DNA of 64,000 nucleotides from Verrucomicrobiia bacterium (GCA_035495615.1 DATJFP010000051.1:364-64363); one strand, 5' to 3'. Shown: positions 9,499 to 19,061, numbered from the stretch's first letter. Notes: generated by a model from the sequence alone, not told the origin. Made by a program: numbers and translations.

Positions 9499-9577
9499 TT
9501 ACGGCGAAAGGCCGTTCGTGTTATATTTGAACGGACTTATCGGGCCGTTCAAGATAGATCATCATGATGGAGGTTTT

Positions 9578-10006
9578 ATGAACGTGGACTCATTGACCGC
9601 GGCCGAGGTGATGAACCGGAACGTAAAGACGCTCTCCCGCAGCTCAAAGCTCAAGGAACTGATGCGGTTTTTGATGGAGAACCACATCTCCGGCGTGCCC
9701 GTCGTGGACGAGCAGAGCAAATTCGTCGGCGTGGTTTCGACTACCGACGTGCTGCGGCGCATCACGCTTCAGATCGCGCTCAAAGAAGAATTCGCCTCGA
9801 CCGACCTCGCGGAAGTCATCGACAAGACCATTGAGTCCATCATCAGCCGGCCGCTTTTCAATTTCAAGGAAACGGACAGGATCAAAGACATTGCCAAGGT
9901 CATGATGGAAAAAGGCATTCACCGCGTTTTCATCGTGGACGGCGGCAACAATCTCAAGGGTGTGATCTCGGCCATGGATTTCGTGAAGCTCGTGGGAAAG
10001 AGCTGA
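9578..10006 (+). CDS. CBS domain pair protein
   Basis: Two CBS motifs (ISGVPVVDEQSKFVGVVSTTDVL and GIHRVFIVDGGNNLKGVISAMDFV). GGAGG SD 5 nt upstream. Confidence 0.8.
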   Translation: MNVDSLTAAEVMNRNVKTLSRSSKLKELMRFLMENHISGVPVVDEQSKFVGVVSTTDVLRRITLQIALKEEFASTDLAEVIDKTIESIISRPLFNFKETDRIKDIAKVMMEKGIHRVFIVDGGNNLKGVISAMDFVKLVGKS

Positions 10007-10127
10007 TGAACCGCGCCTACGTCATTCTGACCGTGGGATTCTTGATCGTGGCGGCGACGGCCGGGGCAGATATAAAAATGGGGGCAGGTCCTGGGACCTG
10101 TCCCCGCTTCTTTCAGGCGGGTGGCTG

Positions 10128-10397
10128 ATGCCGGACCGGAAAAGGAAAGAAGCCGCGGCCTCCTACAAGGCGCAATTCGAAAAGATGCGCGGGCTGCTGG
10201 AAAAAAACGCGCTTCGCATGAAGCAGGATAAGAAACTGCACGAGGCCGTGACGCATTACCAGGTTCAGAAAAGCCTCGAGAGGATCGCTGAGGCGGACAA
10301 GCTGCTGGCGGCGGCAGCGGCCGCGCTGGCGGGCAGGGAAGCCCCGCCGGGCCGTAAGCATAAACTCATCATGCCGCGTCAGGGTGATTTGCTCTAA
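10128..10397 (+). CDS. Hypothetical small protein
   Basis: 89 aa Lys/Ala-rich helical ORF with a weak SD. Could be a chance ORF. Confidence 0.3.
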   Translation: MPDRKRKEAAASYKAQFEKMRGLLEKNALRMKQDKKLHEAVTHYQVQKSLERIAEADKLLAAAAAALAGREAPPGRKHKLIMPRQGDLL

Positions 10398-10605
10398 CTC
10401 CGTCCGCAACGAAATAGCTGATCACGCTGCCGTCCGGTAAACGTCTCATTTCGTAATGTCCGGGCGAGGAACGCCGGTTCAATTTCAACAGGTCGGCCTT
10501 GAACTCGTTCAAATGCTTCTGCGCGGCGGCCAAAATCCGCGAAGCCTGCGTAAAACCTTCCATCGCCTGATCCATCTGCGTCAGATATTCGTGATGAGTG
10601 TCCAT
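10369..10605 (-). CDS. Hypothetical small protein
   Basis: Strong SD GGTGGAGGG 7 nt upstream of the ATG on the minus strand. 78 aa. Confidence 0.45.
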   Translation of the reverse strand: MDTHHEYLTQMDQAMEGFTQASRILAAAQKHLNEFKADLLKLNRRSSPGHYEMRRLPDGSVISYFVADGVRANHPDAA

Positions 10606-10710
10606 GCGTTAACCCTCCACCTTTAAATTTCGCCCATCCGCTGGATTTCGGTATAGGACGAGTCCTTCTTTGAGTAGAGAGAATGGACGACGGAGGCGTA
10701 AGGATTTCCC

Positions 10711-11604
10711 TTAGGCGGCTTCGGCGCGCGGGACCGCGAATTCCTTGGGCGCTGCGCTGAGGCCGTGCCGGGCATTGTACGATTTCGTAAAGGATGCGCC
10801 CCAAAAAAGAATGACCGCCGAATAATAAACCCACAGCATGAGCACGACGATGGTTCCCGCCGCGCCATAAGTCGACGCGACATGGCTTTTTCCCAGATAC
10901 AGCCCGATCAGATTTTTTCCCACTTCGAAAAACAGCGCGGTCGCCAGGCCGCCGACCCAGGAACTTCGCCAGGGAATCTTTGCGTCCGGAAGAAACTTGA
11001 ACATGGAAGCGAAGAGAAGGCTCGTGATGCCCAAAGCAAAGGCCATTTCGAAGAATTTGATCGCGGCGGCGAACACTTCCGGCATGAACTGCGTCATGTA
11101 ATGCCAGAAGGAGGCAAGCAGCGCGCTCACCGCGAGCGAGACGAGGAGAAGGAAAGAGATGCCGAGCACCATGCCGAGCGACAAAAAACGCTGGCGGATC
11201 ATGAGCAGCCAGGCCTTGGCCTGCCGGGGTTTGGTTTTGACTTCCCAGATTTTGTTGAAGCACCGCTGCAGCTGCGTGAACACGCCCGTGGCGCCGACGA
11301 CGAGCGTGGCAAGGCCCGCGGCCGTCGCGATCCGGCTGGCCTGCGGATGGTAGGCATGCTCGATCATGGTCTGGATCGTGGCCGCGGCATCGTCGCCCAC
11401 GAGCCCGCGGATCTCGCCGAAAAGCGAGCCGGTCACCGCGTCCTGGCCGAGAAAAAGACTGGCCACCGCGATGATGACGATGAGCATGGGCGCCAGCGAA
11501 AAAATAGTGTAGTAGGCGAGAGAGGCGGCCATGTTCATGCAATCGGCCCGGCTGAATTCCCGGAAAGAGTCTTTGATGAGCTGAAAGACGCCCGGCTTTT
11601 GCAT
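10711..11604 (-). CDS. YihY/BrkB family inner membrane protein
   Basis: N-terminal AASLAYYTIFSLAPML motif and six TM segments typical of the YihY (ribonuclease BN-like) family. Confidence 0.75.
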   Translation of the reverse strand: MQKPGVFQLIKDSFREFSRADCMNMAASLAYYTIFSLAPMLIVIIAVASLFLGQDAVTGSLFGEIRGLVGDDAAATIQTMIEHAYHPQASRIATAAGLATLVVGATGVFTQLQRCFNKIWEVKTKPRQAKAWLLMIRQRFLSLGMVLGISFLLLVSLAVSALLASFWHYMTQFMPEVFAAAIKFFEMAFALGITSLLFASMFKFLPDAKIPWRSSWVGGLATALFFEVGKNLIGLYLGKSHVASTYGAAGTIVVLMLWVYYSAVILFWGASFTKSYNARHGLSAAPKEFAVPRAEAA

Positions 11605-11824
11605 GATTTCCTCCCGTTTCTAAAAGCAGCATTTCCGGTGCCAGGCGGGCGCGGCTGCGGCGGGCCCGGAAAAATTTTTTTAAAATTCCTCCCGGGGACT
11701 ACGCGGCCTTGCGCGATTGCCGAAAAAGGAAGCTGCCGGGTGTCGTAAAATTGGACAATCCCGGCATCCGCAGTCTTTGATCTTTTTCCGATTTGCGATT
11801 AAGATGGGGCCTGCGAGGAACGGC

Positions 11825-12391
11825 ATGACCGAAAAAACACGCTTTATCGAACTGAGGCTCCGCGGGATCACGCAGCTTTTCAATTCCATGGACCCTTCGC
11901 CTTTTCACGAAAAGGATCTGGACCATGACGCGGAGGAATTCATCGTGAGCTGGGCGCAGGAATATCCTTCCAAAGCCCCGCTTGCCTTGAGGATTTACCT
12001 GGACCAGGGCGCGGAAAACAAGGAAACGGCGGACTTGGTGTGTCAGGCTATCCAGCATTATTTCAACTACCGCGCCCAGCTCAGCCAGCGGGAATTCCGG
12101 CAGATGATGCGCAAGGCGGAGAAGAGCCTGCTGATCGGCATCGTCTTTCTCGCCGCCTGTCTCGCGGCCGCCGGGCTTCTCGACTCGGGCGCGGGGCCGG
12201 CTCGGAATTATTTTTTCAAGGAAAGCCTGACCATCGTCGGCTGGGTGGCCATGTGGCGCCCGATCGAGATGTATTTGTACGACTGGTGGCCCGTGGCGAG
12301 GCAGATCCGTACCTATAAAAAGCTGAGCGTGATTCCCGTGGAAGTCGCCAAGAATCCGTACGGCACGGCCCCTCAAGCCAAATTTCAGTGA
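11825..12391 (+). CDS. Hypothetical membrane protein
   Basis: GAGGAA SD 5 nt before the ATG at 11825. Two TM helices in the C-terminal half. Ends 8 nt before the MMPL gene. Confidence 0.5.
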   Translation: MTEKTRFIELRLRGITQLFNSMDPSPFHEKDLDHDAEEFIVSWAQEYPSKAPLALRIYLDQGAENKETADLVCQAIQHYFNYRAQLSQREFRQMMRKAEKSLLIGIVFLAACLAAAGLLDSGAGPARNYFFKESLTIVGWVAMWRPIEMYLYDWWPVARQIRTYKKLSVIPVEVAKNPYGTAPQAKFQ

Positions 12392-12398
12392 GCCTCCC

Positions 12399-14567
12399 GT
12401 GGCGGAACACGAAAATCCCGCGTCGCCCCGTTTCTCCCTGAAAGACAGCCTGCGCAGCTTCGGGCCGGTGATCGTATCACTCTTCGCGGCCGTGGGCATC
12501 CTCACGTTCCTGTTCCGCTACGTCAACCTGCAGCCCGCGGTCGAAGAAAACTTTTTCTTCTCCAACGAAGATCCCCAGCTCCGGGAAGACAAAAAAATCT
12601 CCGCCATTTTTCCGCAGACCGCCCAGATCATCCTGAGCGCCTCGGGCGATCTCGCGTCCGAATCGTACCAGCTCAAAGTCAAAGATTTGAGCGACGTCTT
12701 CGCGGCCATGCCTGAAGTGCTCGCGGTGCAGTCGCTCTCGCGGGGACCTGACAGTCTCGAGGACGCGATGGAGAGCGAGTTGTGGCGGCGCACCCTCATC
12801 GCCAAAGATAAGGACGCTTCCTTTATTTTCATCTTCCTGAAAGAAAATCCCACGGAAACTTTCATCACTCAGGTGCGGAAGCTGCGCGAAAAATATCAGG
12901 CCCCGGATTTCCGCCTCATGATTTCCGGAGGACCGTACATCGTGGAGATGATCCGCCGCAGCCTGTTCCGCGACCTGCAGGTCTTCAGCGTGACGGCGCT
13001 CGCCATGTTTTCGCTGTGCCTGCTTTTTCTTTTCCGCTCCTACTGGATCGTGGGCGGCACGGTCGTGTCGTCGCTCATCGCAAGCGCGCTCGCGCTGATC
13101 GCCAACCAGGCGCTGCGCATCCAGATGGGATTCCTGACGTCGAATCTTTCCACCATCGTTTTCGTGCTCACGCTCTCGCACATCACGTTCCTGACCGCGG
13201 ACTGGAAACAGATCATGGACGCCAGGAGCGGCGGTAAAAATCCGGGCTGGAAGGCGGCCCGGCAGACGTTCGAGGCCGCGCTCTGGAGCACGGCCACGGC
13301 GCTGCTGGGTTTTCTCAGCCTTTTTTTCGTGCAGGCCAAGTCGCTCCGCCAGTTCGGCGCGGCCGGCTCCATCGGCGTTTTTTTCTCGCTCATCGGGGCG
13401 TACGCCATTTACCCGTGGTTCCTCGACTGCCAGAAAACAAGGCCGCATTTTTTCAAGGCGCGTCCCCAGGTGGATGCCCGGATGGCCGCGTTTTTCAAAA
13501 AGCCGCAAGGGTGGGTGACGGCGGTGTTCGCGCTGCTCACGCTGCTTTCGGTTCCTGTCCTTTCGCGGCTCAACACGGACCCGAGCCTGTTCACGTATTT
13601 TCGCAAAGGCGGCGAGATCCGCGAAGGCCTCGAGTACATCGACAAGAACGGCGGCAGCAACATCCTGAACATCGTCGTGTCGGACCCCGGCGGCGCGGAG
13701 CTGAACACCCGCGAAGCCATGCGCCGCATGTGGGAACTCCAGGAAGCCCTGGAAAAAGATCCGGCGGTGGGCAGCGTGGTGTCGATCCCGCTGCTGCTGA
13801 ACGAAGCCAAGCGCTCGAAGCTCGCCAAGTTTCTGACCAACGAATGGCTGCTGGACATCATGGAAAGCCCGCGCTTCGGGGAAATCGCGAAATATTTCAT
13901 CACGTCCGACCGCAAACAGGCTTTGTTCACGCTGCGCATGAAAGAAGGGGGACTCCAGGAAAAACGGCTGGACGCGGCCGAGCGCGTGCGGCAGGTCGTG
14001 ACGGGGCAGCATTTCAAAGCGGATCTCATCGGCGGGATTTTCGTGCTGCAGGGCCGGCTGGCGTCGCTGGTCAACACGAGTCTGATCTCCGGCGGCATCC
14101 TGATGAATGCCGTGATCCTTTTGATCACGTGGTTTCTCTCGCGCTCGCTGCGCGTCGCGGCCGCGATGCTGGCCAGCCTTTACTTTGTCCCGGCCGTCAT
14201 GTTCGGAGTTTTCGGCCTTTTCCGCGTGCCCATCGACATTATTTCCGCGCCCGCCGTGAACCTGGCGCTCGGCATGGGCGTGGATTCCATGATCCACATG
14301 GTCATCCACATCCGGAGAAAAGGGGAAGACATCCGGGATTGGAAGTCCTGGGCCGGCGCGCGGGAACATCTGCTCGAGCCGATCCTGTGGTCCACGCTCG
14401 TCGTTTCCGCGGGCTTCGCGGTTTTCATGATGTCGAATTTTCCGCCCACGCAGCGTTTCGGCGCCGCGGTCATGCTCGGCACGCTTCTCACACCCGTGGG
14501 CGCGCTGTTCACCCTGCCGTACCTGGGCGGCGCGCCGCTGCCGTTCAACCTCAAAAGGAAAAAATAA
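12399..14567 (+). CDS. MMPL/RND superfamily exporter (HpnN-like)
   Basis: GTG start. 12 TM helices in two 6-TM bundles, each preceded by a large periplasmic loop. GxxxxF and SMxxH-like motifs. Stop TAA overlaps the next ATG (TAATG). Confidence 0.7.
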   Translation: MAEHENPASPRFSLKDSLRSFGPVIVSLFAAVGILTFLFRYVNLQPAVEENFFFSNEDPQLREDKKISAIFPQTAQIILSASGDLASESYQLKVKDLSDVFAAMPEVLAVQSLSRGPDSLEDAMESELWRRTLIAKDKDASFIFIFLKENPTETFITQVRKLREKYQAPDFRLMISGGPYIVEMIRRSLFRDLQVFSVTALAMFSLCLLFLFRSYWIVGGTVVSSLIASALALIANQALRIQMGFLTSNLSTIVFVLTLSHITFLTADWKQIMDARSGGKNPGWKAARQTFEAALWSTATALLGFLSLFFVQAKSLRQFGAAGSIGVFFSLIGAYAIYPWFLDCQKTRPHFFKARPQVDARMAAFFKKPQGWVTAVFALLTLLSVPVLSRLNTDPSLFTYFRKGGEIREGLEYIDKNGGSNILNIVVSDPGGAELNTREAMRRMWELQEALEKDPAVGSVVSIPLLLNEAKRSKLAKFLTNEWLLDIMESPRFGEIAKYFITSDRKQALFTLRMKEGGLQEKRLDAAERVRQVVTGQHFKADLIGGIFVLQGRLASLVNTSLISGGILMNAVILLITWFLSRSLRVAAAMLASLYFVPAVMFGVFGLFRVPIDIISAPAVNLALGMGVDSMIHMVIHIRRKGEDIRDWKSWAGAREHLLEPILWSTLVVSAGFAVFMMSNFPPTQRFGAAVMLGTLLTPVGALFTLPYLGGAPLPFNLKRKK

Positions 14568-15055
14568 TGCGTCTCACCGGCCTGCCGCCGCTCACTCCTG
14601 AGCGTCCCCGGCTGCTGCTCCTCGGAACCTTTCCCGGCGTGCTCTCGCTCCAGAAGCGGGAATATTACGGAAACCCGATGAACGGCTTTTGGAAAATCCT
14701 GTGCGGCGCGCTCGGCGTTTCCGAGGTGCCTGCCGCTTACGCGGAAAAAAAGCGGATGCTCCGCCGGCACGGCATTGCCTTGTGGGATGTTTTCGGCTCG
14801 TGCGAGCGAAAAGGTTCCGGCGATCACATGATCCGGAATTTCTGCGTGAGCGATGTGCCGGGATTTTTAAAAAAACATCCGTCCATCCGGAAAGTGATTC
14901 TCGAAAGCCGCACCGCGGAGAAAATCTGGAAAAGCCATTTCGAAAAGCACACGTCCGTTCCCGGCGTTTATGTGCCTTCGCCGAGCAGCCGCGCGCGGCT
15001 TCCGCTGCCGGAAAAAATCAAGTGGTGGAAAAGGGCTTTGGAGAACGGCAAATAA
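14567..15055 (+). CDS. Uracil-DNA glycosylase superfamily protein (DNA-deoxyinosine glycosylase/HDG-like)
   Basis: LLLGTFPGVLSL...YYGNPMNGFWKIL matches the family 6 HDG signature (GSFPS...YYAHPRNxFW). Confidence 0.65.
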   Translation: MRLTGLPPLTPERPRLLLLGTFPGVLSLQKREYYGNPMNGFWKILCGALGVSEVPAAYAEKKRMLRRHGIALWDVFGSCERKGSGDHMIRNFCVSDVPGFLKKHPSIRKVILESRTAEKIWKSHFEKHTSVPGVYVPSPSSRARLPLPEKIKWWKRALENGK

Positions 15056-15097
15056 GGCCCCGTTGACGGGGAACCCGGCGCTTTCTATACTGCACGC

Positions 15098-16123
15098 GTG
15101 AAAAAGTCCTTTTACCTTGTCGTATTCCTGGCGGCCCTCAATGCCGCGGCCGCTTCCGTGCCCGCGCATTTCCGGCCGGCCTGGTGGAGTCTCGGCGCGC
15201 ATCCCCAGACGATCTGGGCCTTTCTTCTGCGTCCCTATCCCGACGTCCCTGTCCATCGTGAGCAGCTCGCGGCGCCGGACGGCGATTTCTTCGACGTGGA
15301 TTGGATGCCGGGAGAAGCCGGCGCGCCGGTGGTGATTATGGTGCATGGCCTTGGAAGCTCGTCCGAATCCAAGAACATGCGCACGCTCATGAAGGCGGTG
15401 CACGACAAGGGATGGCAGGGCGCGGCCTTGAACTGGCGCGGCGCGCTCAGCCCGAACAAGGCGCCGATAATGGATAATTCCGGGCGCACCGAAGATCTTG
15501 CCCAGCTCGTGCGGGAGGTCTTGTCGCGTTACCAGGCCAAGGAAATTTACCTGGTCGGCTACTCGGCCGGCGGCAACAAAGTCCTCAAATACCTCGGCGA
15601 GAATCCCCAGGCCGTTCCGCCCGAAGTCAAAAAAGCCGTGGCGGTTTCCGCGCCCTACGACCTGGAAAAATCCGTGGATAATCTGGACAAAGGCCTGGAT
15701 AAAGTGCTGTACACCAAGCGCCTTCTCAAGGCGCTCAAAGCGCGAGCCGCGGCGAAAGAAAAACAATTTCCCGGGCTGATTCCCGTGGAGAAGGCGGAGA
15801 AAGCCGGGACGTTCCGCGAATACGACCGCCTGGTCACCGCGCCTCTGGCCGGCTTCATGGACGAAAAAGAATATTACACGGCCGCAAGCTGCGGGAATTA
15901 TCTCGAAAAGATCGACAGGCCCGCGCTCCTCGTGCACGCGCGCAACGATCCTTTTCTGCACGGCGGCCAGCTGCCCCTGGAAAAAATCAAAAATTCCGCG
16001 TTCCTTCACCTCATGATGACGCCCGACGGCGGCCATCTGGGTTTCGTCACGGGGTTTGTCCCGTTCCGGACCGGGAACTGGCTGGAAAAAACTATCGTCG
16101 AATTTCTGGGTACCGATGCCTGA
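15098..16123 (+). CDS. Alpha/beta hydrolase, YheT-type
   Basis: HGLGSSSES, nucleophile elbow GYSAGGN, conserved C-terminal PDGGHLGF. Confidence 0.7.
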   Translation: MKKSFYLVVFLAALNAAAASVPAHFRPAWWSLGAHPQTIWAFLLRPYPDVPVHREQLAAPDGDFFDVDWMPGEAGAPVVIMVHGLGSSSESKNMRTLMKAVHDKGWQGAALNWRGALSPNKAPIMDNSGRTEDLAQLVREVLSRYQAKEIYLVGYSAGGNKVLKYLGENPQAVPPEVKKAVAVSAPYDLEKSVDNLDKGLDKVLYTKRLLKALKARAAAKEKQFPGLIPVEKAEKAGTFREYDRLVTAPLAGFMDEKEYYTAASCGNYLEKIDRPALLVHARNDPFLHGGQLPLEKIKNSAFLHLMMTPDGGHLGFVTGFVPFRTGNWLEKTIVEFLGTDA

Positions 16124-17285
16124 GATCAGCAGCCGCACGCAGGCCTTTACCGAGTCCGTCATCCGCCGCATGACGCGCGTCGCGCATCAGACCGGCGCCG
16201 TGAACCTGTCGCAGGGATTTCCGGATTTCGATCCGCCGGCCAAACTCCTGGAAGCGCTGAAAAACATTGCGCTGAAAGGCCCGCACCAGTATGCCGTGAC
16301 CTGGGGCGCGCAGAATTTCCGCGCGGCGCTGGCCAGGAAGCAGAGCCGCTTCATGGGCATTCCCATCGATCCGGACGCGAACATCGTCGTGACCTGCGGC
16401 AGCACCGAAGCCATGATGGCGGCCATGATGTCCGTCACCAATCCCGGCGACAAGGTGATCGTGTTCTCGCCTTTCTACGAAAATTACGCGGCCGACGCGA
16501 TCCTGACGGGCGCGGTCCCGATCTACGTGCCGCTCGAGCCGCCGTCTTTCGAGATCAACCGCAAGGCGCTGCGCGCGGCGTTCGAGCAAAGGCCCAAGGC
16601 GCTTGTCCTTTGTAATCCCGGCAATCCCACGGGCAAGGTGTTCACGCGCGGCGAGCTGCTGGAGATCGCCGCGCTCGCGGAAGAATTCGACGTGTTCGTC
16701 CTGACCGACGAAGTCTACGAGCACATTGTCTACGCGCCGCACCGCCATACTTATTTTGCGTCGCTTCCCGGCATGTTCGAGCGCACCGTGTCGTGCAGCT
16801 CGCTTTCGAAAACGTATTCCATCACGGGCTGGCGGCTCGGCTACATCATCGCGCCGCCTAAAGTCGTGGACGCGGCGCGCAAGGTGCATGATTTCCTGAC
16901 CGTGGGCGCGGCCGCGCCGCTGCAGGAAGCCGCGGTCACGGCGCTGGAGTTTCCGGATTCGTATTATCTGGAGCTGCAGGCGCATTACACGAAAAGCCGG
17001 GACCTGTTCCTCGGGCTGCTGGCCGGCACGGGCCTCAAATATACGGTGCCGCAGGGCGCTTATTACGTGATGGTGGACGTCAGTGAATTTAAGCCGCAAA
17101 GCGACGTCGAATTCTGCGAATGGCTGGCCCGCGACGTGGGGGTCGCGGCCGTGCCGGGATCGAGTTTTTTTCGAGAAGACGTGCGCCATTTCATCCGTTT
17201 CCATTTCGCGAAAAAAGAAGAAACGCTGCGCGAGGCGGGAAAACGCCTGTCGTTTTTGCGCGAACGCGCGTGGAGGCGCGCATGA
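16116..17285 (+). CDS. ybdL: PLP-dependent aminotransferase class I, methionine aminotransferase YbdL-like
   Basis: NLSQGFPDFDPP, SLSKTYSITGWRLGY (PLP lysine region) and FCEWLARDVGVAAVPGSSF are recalled as close to E. coli YbdL. Overlaps the upstream stop by 8 nt. Confidence 0.75.
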   Translation: MPEISSRTQAFTESVIRRMTRVAHQTGAVNLSQGFPDFDPPAKLLEALKNIALKGPHQYAVTWGAQNFRAALARKQSRFMGIPIDPDANIVVTCGSTEAMMAAMMSVTNPGDKVIVFSPFYENYAADAILTGAVPIYVPLEPPSFEINRKALRAAFEQRPKALVLCNPGNPTGKVFTRGELLEIAALAEEFDVFVLTDEVYEHIVYAPHRHTYFASLPGMFERTVSCSSLSKTYSITGWRLGYIIAPPKVVDAARKVHDFLTVGAAAPLQEAAVTALEFPDSYYLELQAHYTKSRDLFLGLLAGTGLKYTVPQGAYYVMVDVSEFKPQSDVEFCEWLARDVGVAAVPGSSFFREDVRHFIRFHFAKKEETLREAGKRLSFLRERAWRRA

Positions 17286-17992
17286 TTCCCTGGGTCCTGA
17301 TCGACACCGCGCCCATGCCGGGCGGCAAAGACCTCAAGCTCTACCGGCACGACGCGGACTTCGCGATCCGTTCCGGCAACGTGGAAGTCATGAACAGCCG
17401 CATGCACGGTTCCGAAGAAGTGCTGTCGGACATGGCCTGCGCGCAGATCGCCAGGATCGAAGAGCCGCGCCTTTTGATCGGCGGGCTGGGCATGGGATTC
17501 ACGCTGAGGGCCGCGCTGAACAGGCTTCCGCCGAAGGCGAGAGTCACGGTCGCGGAGCTCGTGCCCGCGGTGGTGAAGTGGAACCGCGGCGTGCTGTCGG
17601 AGCTGGCCGGGCATGCGCTCAAAGACAAACGCGTCTCGGTGGTGGTGGAAGACGTGTCGAAACTCATCCGCGACGGCAAGAACGGGTATCATGCCATCAT
17701 TCTCGACATCGACAACGGGCCCGGAAGCGTGTGGCGGGACGAGAACAACGCGCTCTACAGCGAACGCGGGCTCGAGGCCGCGTTCCTGGCGCTTCAGCCC
17801 CGCGGCGTGCTGGCGGTTTGGTCGGCGGGACCGGACCGCGGCTTCACGCGCGCGCTCAACCGCGCGGGCTTTGACGTGAAAGAAGTGCCGGTGCGCGCGC
17901 GCATCGACGGCAAGGGCGGCGGCCACCATCATCTGTGGCTCGCGCGGCGTTTCACCGCGGCGCCGCCTCTCATCAATCCGAAACGGAGATAA
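17282..17992 (+). CDS. Spermidine/spermine synthase-like protein (short form)
   Basis: GGLGMGFTLRAAL (Gly-rich SAM/dcSAM loop) and HAIILDIDNGP (the D-S-S-DP position of SpeE). ATGA start/stop overlap. Confidence 0.55.
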   Translation: MIPWVLIDTAPMPGGKDLKLYRHDADFAIRSGNVEVMNSRMHGSEEVLSDMACAQIARIEEPRLLIGGLGMGFTLRAALNRLPPKARVTVAELVPAVVKWNRGVLSELAGHALKDKRVSVVVEDVSKLIRDGKNGYHAIILDIDNGPGSVWRDENNALYSERGLEAAFLALQPRGVLAVWSAGPDRGFTRALNRAGFDVKEVPVRARIDGKGGGHHHLWLARRFTAAPPLINPKRR

Positions 17993-17996
17993 GGGC

Positions 17997-18203
17997 ATGG
18001 AAAATACGGAAAAGCGCATCATCGAGCTCGAGAAAAAGATGGCCTTCCAGGAGCACACGATCGAGCAGCTCAACGAAGTCGTCATCCTCCAGCAGAAAAA
18101 GCTGGAAGCTCTCGAGCGCGAAACCAAACAGCTCAAGCAGCAGGCCGCGAGCGGCGCGTTCATCAAAAAGCCGGAAGAAGAAACGCCGCCGCCGCATTAT
18201 TAG
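17997..18203 (+). CDS. slyX: SlyX family protein
   Basis: RIIELEKKMAFQEHTIEQLNEVVILQQKKLEALERE matches the SlyX consensus. Confidence 0.8.
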   Translation: MENTEKRIIELEKKMAFQEHTIEQLNEVVILQQKKLEALERETKQLKQQAASGAFIKKPEEETPPPHY

Positions 18204-18208
18204 AAAGG

Positions 18209-18258
18209 CCCCTCTCCCTAACCCTCTCCCCAAGATGGGGAGAGGGAAGGGTGAGGGG
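18209..18258. terminator. GC-rich hairpin (CCCTCTCCCC-AAGAT-GGGGAGAGGG), probable terminator after slyX
   Basis: Perfect 10-bp inverted repeat with an outer imperfect pair. No T-tract follows, so it may act as a factor-dependent terminator or RNA stabiliser. Confidence 0.45.
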
Positions 18259-18266
18259 AATGAATC

Positions 18267-19061
18267 ATGAAAATTTTAAATCTTTCAATCGTCCTTATGC
18301 TTCTCGCGCCCGCGGCGTGGGCCGCGCCCGCCGTCATCGGCAAAGTGGAGCGCGTGCGCGGCCCGGTCGAATGCGCGGACGAGACGGGCGCCAAGCGCGA
18401 GCTCAAAAACGGCGGCGACGTTTACCTGCGCGACGTGATCGAGACCGGAAGCAGAGGCTATGTCAAAATCGACCTGCTCGACAAGACCAGCCTCACGGCC
18501 GGCGCCTCGAGCCGCCTTGTCCTCGACGAATTCGTTTATGACGCGGACGCGCGCTCGGGCAAGGCCGCGTTTTCCCTGGCGCGCGGCCTCTTCCGCCTGG
18601 TGACGGGCGAGATCGTAAAGCAAAATCCGGAGAACATGAAGGCCTCGCTCGCCGTGGGCGATTTCGGCATCCGCGGCACGGCCGTCCTCGCGCAGACTTC
18701 CGCGGACGGATCGCGCGTCGTCCTCGAAAGCCGGAGGCAGGACGCGCAGCTCGTGCGGCACGTCGTCGTCGGAGGCAGCGAAGCGAACGGCCGGCGGGGT
18801 GAGACCGCGCTGGAAAACGAAGGCGAGGCCTGCGACGTGAGGCCGGGGCAGCTGCCGGGCCAGAAATTTGCGCTCGGCGCGAAAGTCCTCGAAGCGATGC
18901 AGCAGGCTTTGGAACCGCCTTTGGAAGACGACGTTTTCGACCAGGTCGACAAGCTCAATGGGTCTCGTTCCGGCCGTCCGGGCGTGCAGCCCCGCGACAT
19001 GGAAGGCGGGCAGGAAAATGACGATTCGCAGCCTTCGCACGAAACCCGCTCCGGACAGTAA
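18267..19061 (+). CDS. FecR domain-containing secreted protein
   Basis: Signal peptide. GDVYLRD...TSLTAGASSRLVLDEF...ARGLFRLVTG...GIRGTAVLAQ follows the FecR beta-sandwich pattern. Confidence 0.55.
   Translation: MKILNLSIVLMLLAPAAWAAPAVIGKVERVRGPVECADETGAKRELKNGGDVYLRDVIETGSRGYVKIDLLDKTSLTAGASSRLVLDEFVYDADARSGKAAFSLARGLFRLVTGEIVKQNPENMKASLAVGDFGIRGTAVLAQTSADGSRVVLESRRQDAQLVRHVVVGGSEANGRRGETALENEGEACDVRPGQLPGQKFALGAKVLEAMQQALEPPLEDDVFDQVDKLNGSRSGRPGVQPRDMEGGQENDDSQPSHETRSGQ

Noticed and set aside
10394-11748. ORFs 10394-11632 (-), 10623-10883 (-), 10765-11748 (+) overlapping the YihY gene
   Set aside because: Alternative frames of the YihY locus with Arg/Gly/His-rich composition. Only the 10711-11604 frame gives a YihY-like membrane protein.
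12477-14369. 630-aa minus-strand ORF antisense to the MMPL exporter. Also 13415-14566, the plus-frame extension upstream of the glycosylase.
   Set aside because: Arg/His/Gly-rich, no signals. The real glycosylase starts at the ATG at 14567 overlapping the MMPL stop.
14867-18166. Minus-strand ORFs 14867-16171, 16092-17204, 17063-18166 and plus-frame ORFs 17083-17874, 17935-18270
   Set aside because: Antisense or out-of-frame shadows of the hydrolase/aminotransferase/SpeE-like/SlyX genes. Composition dominated by Arg, Gly and Ala.
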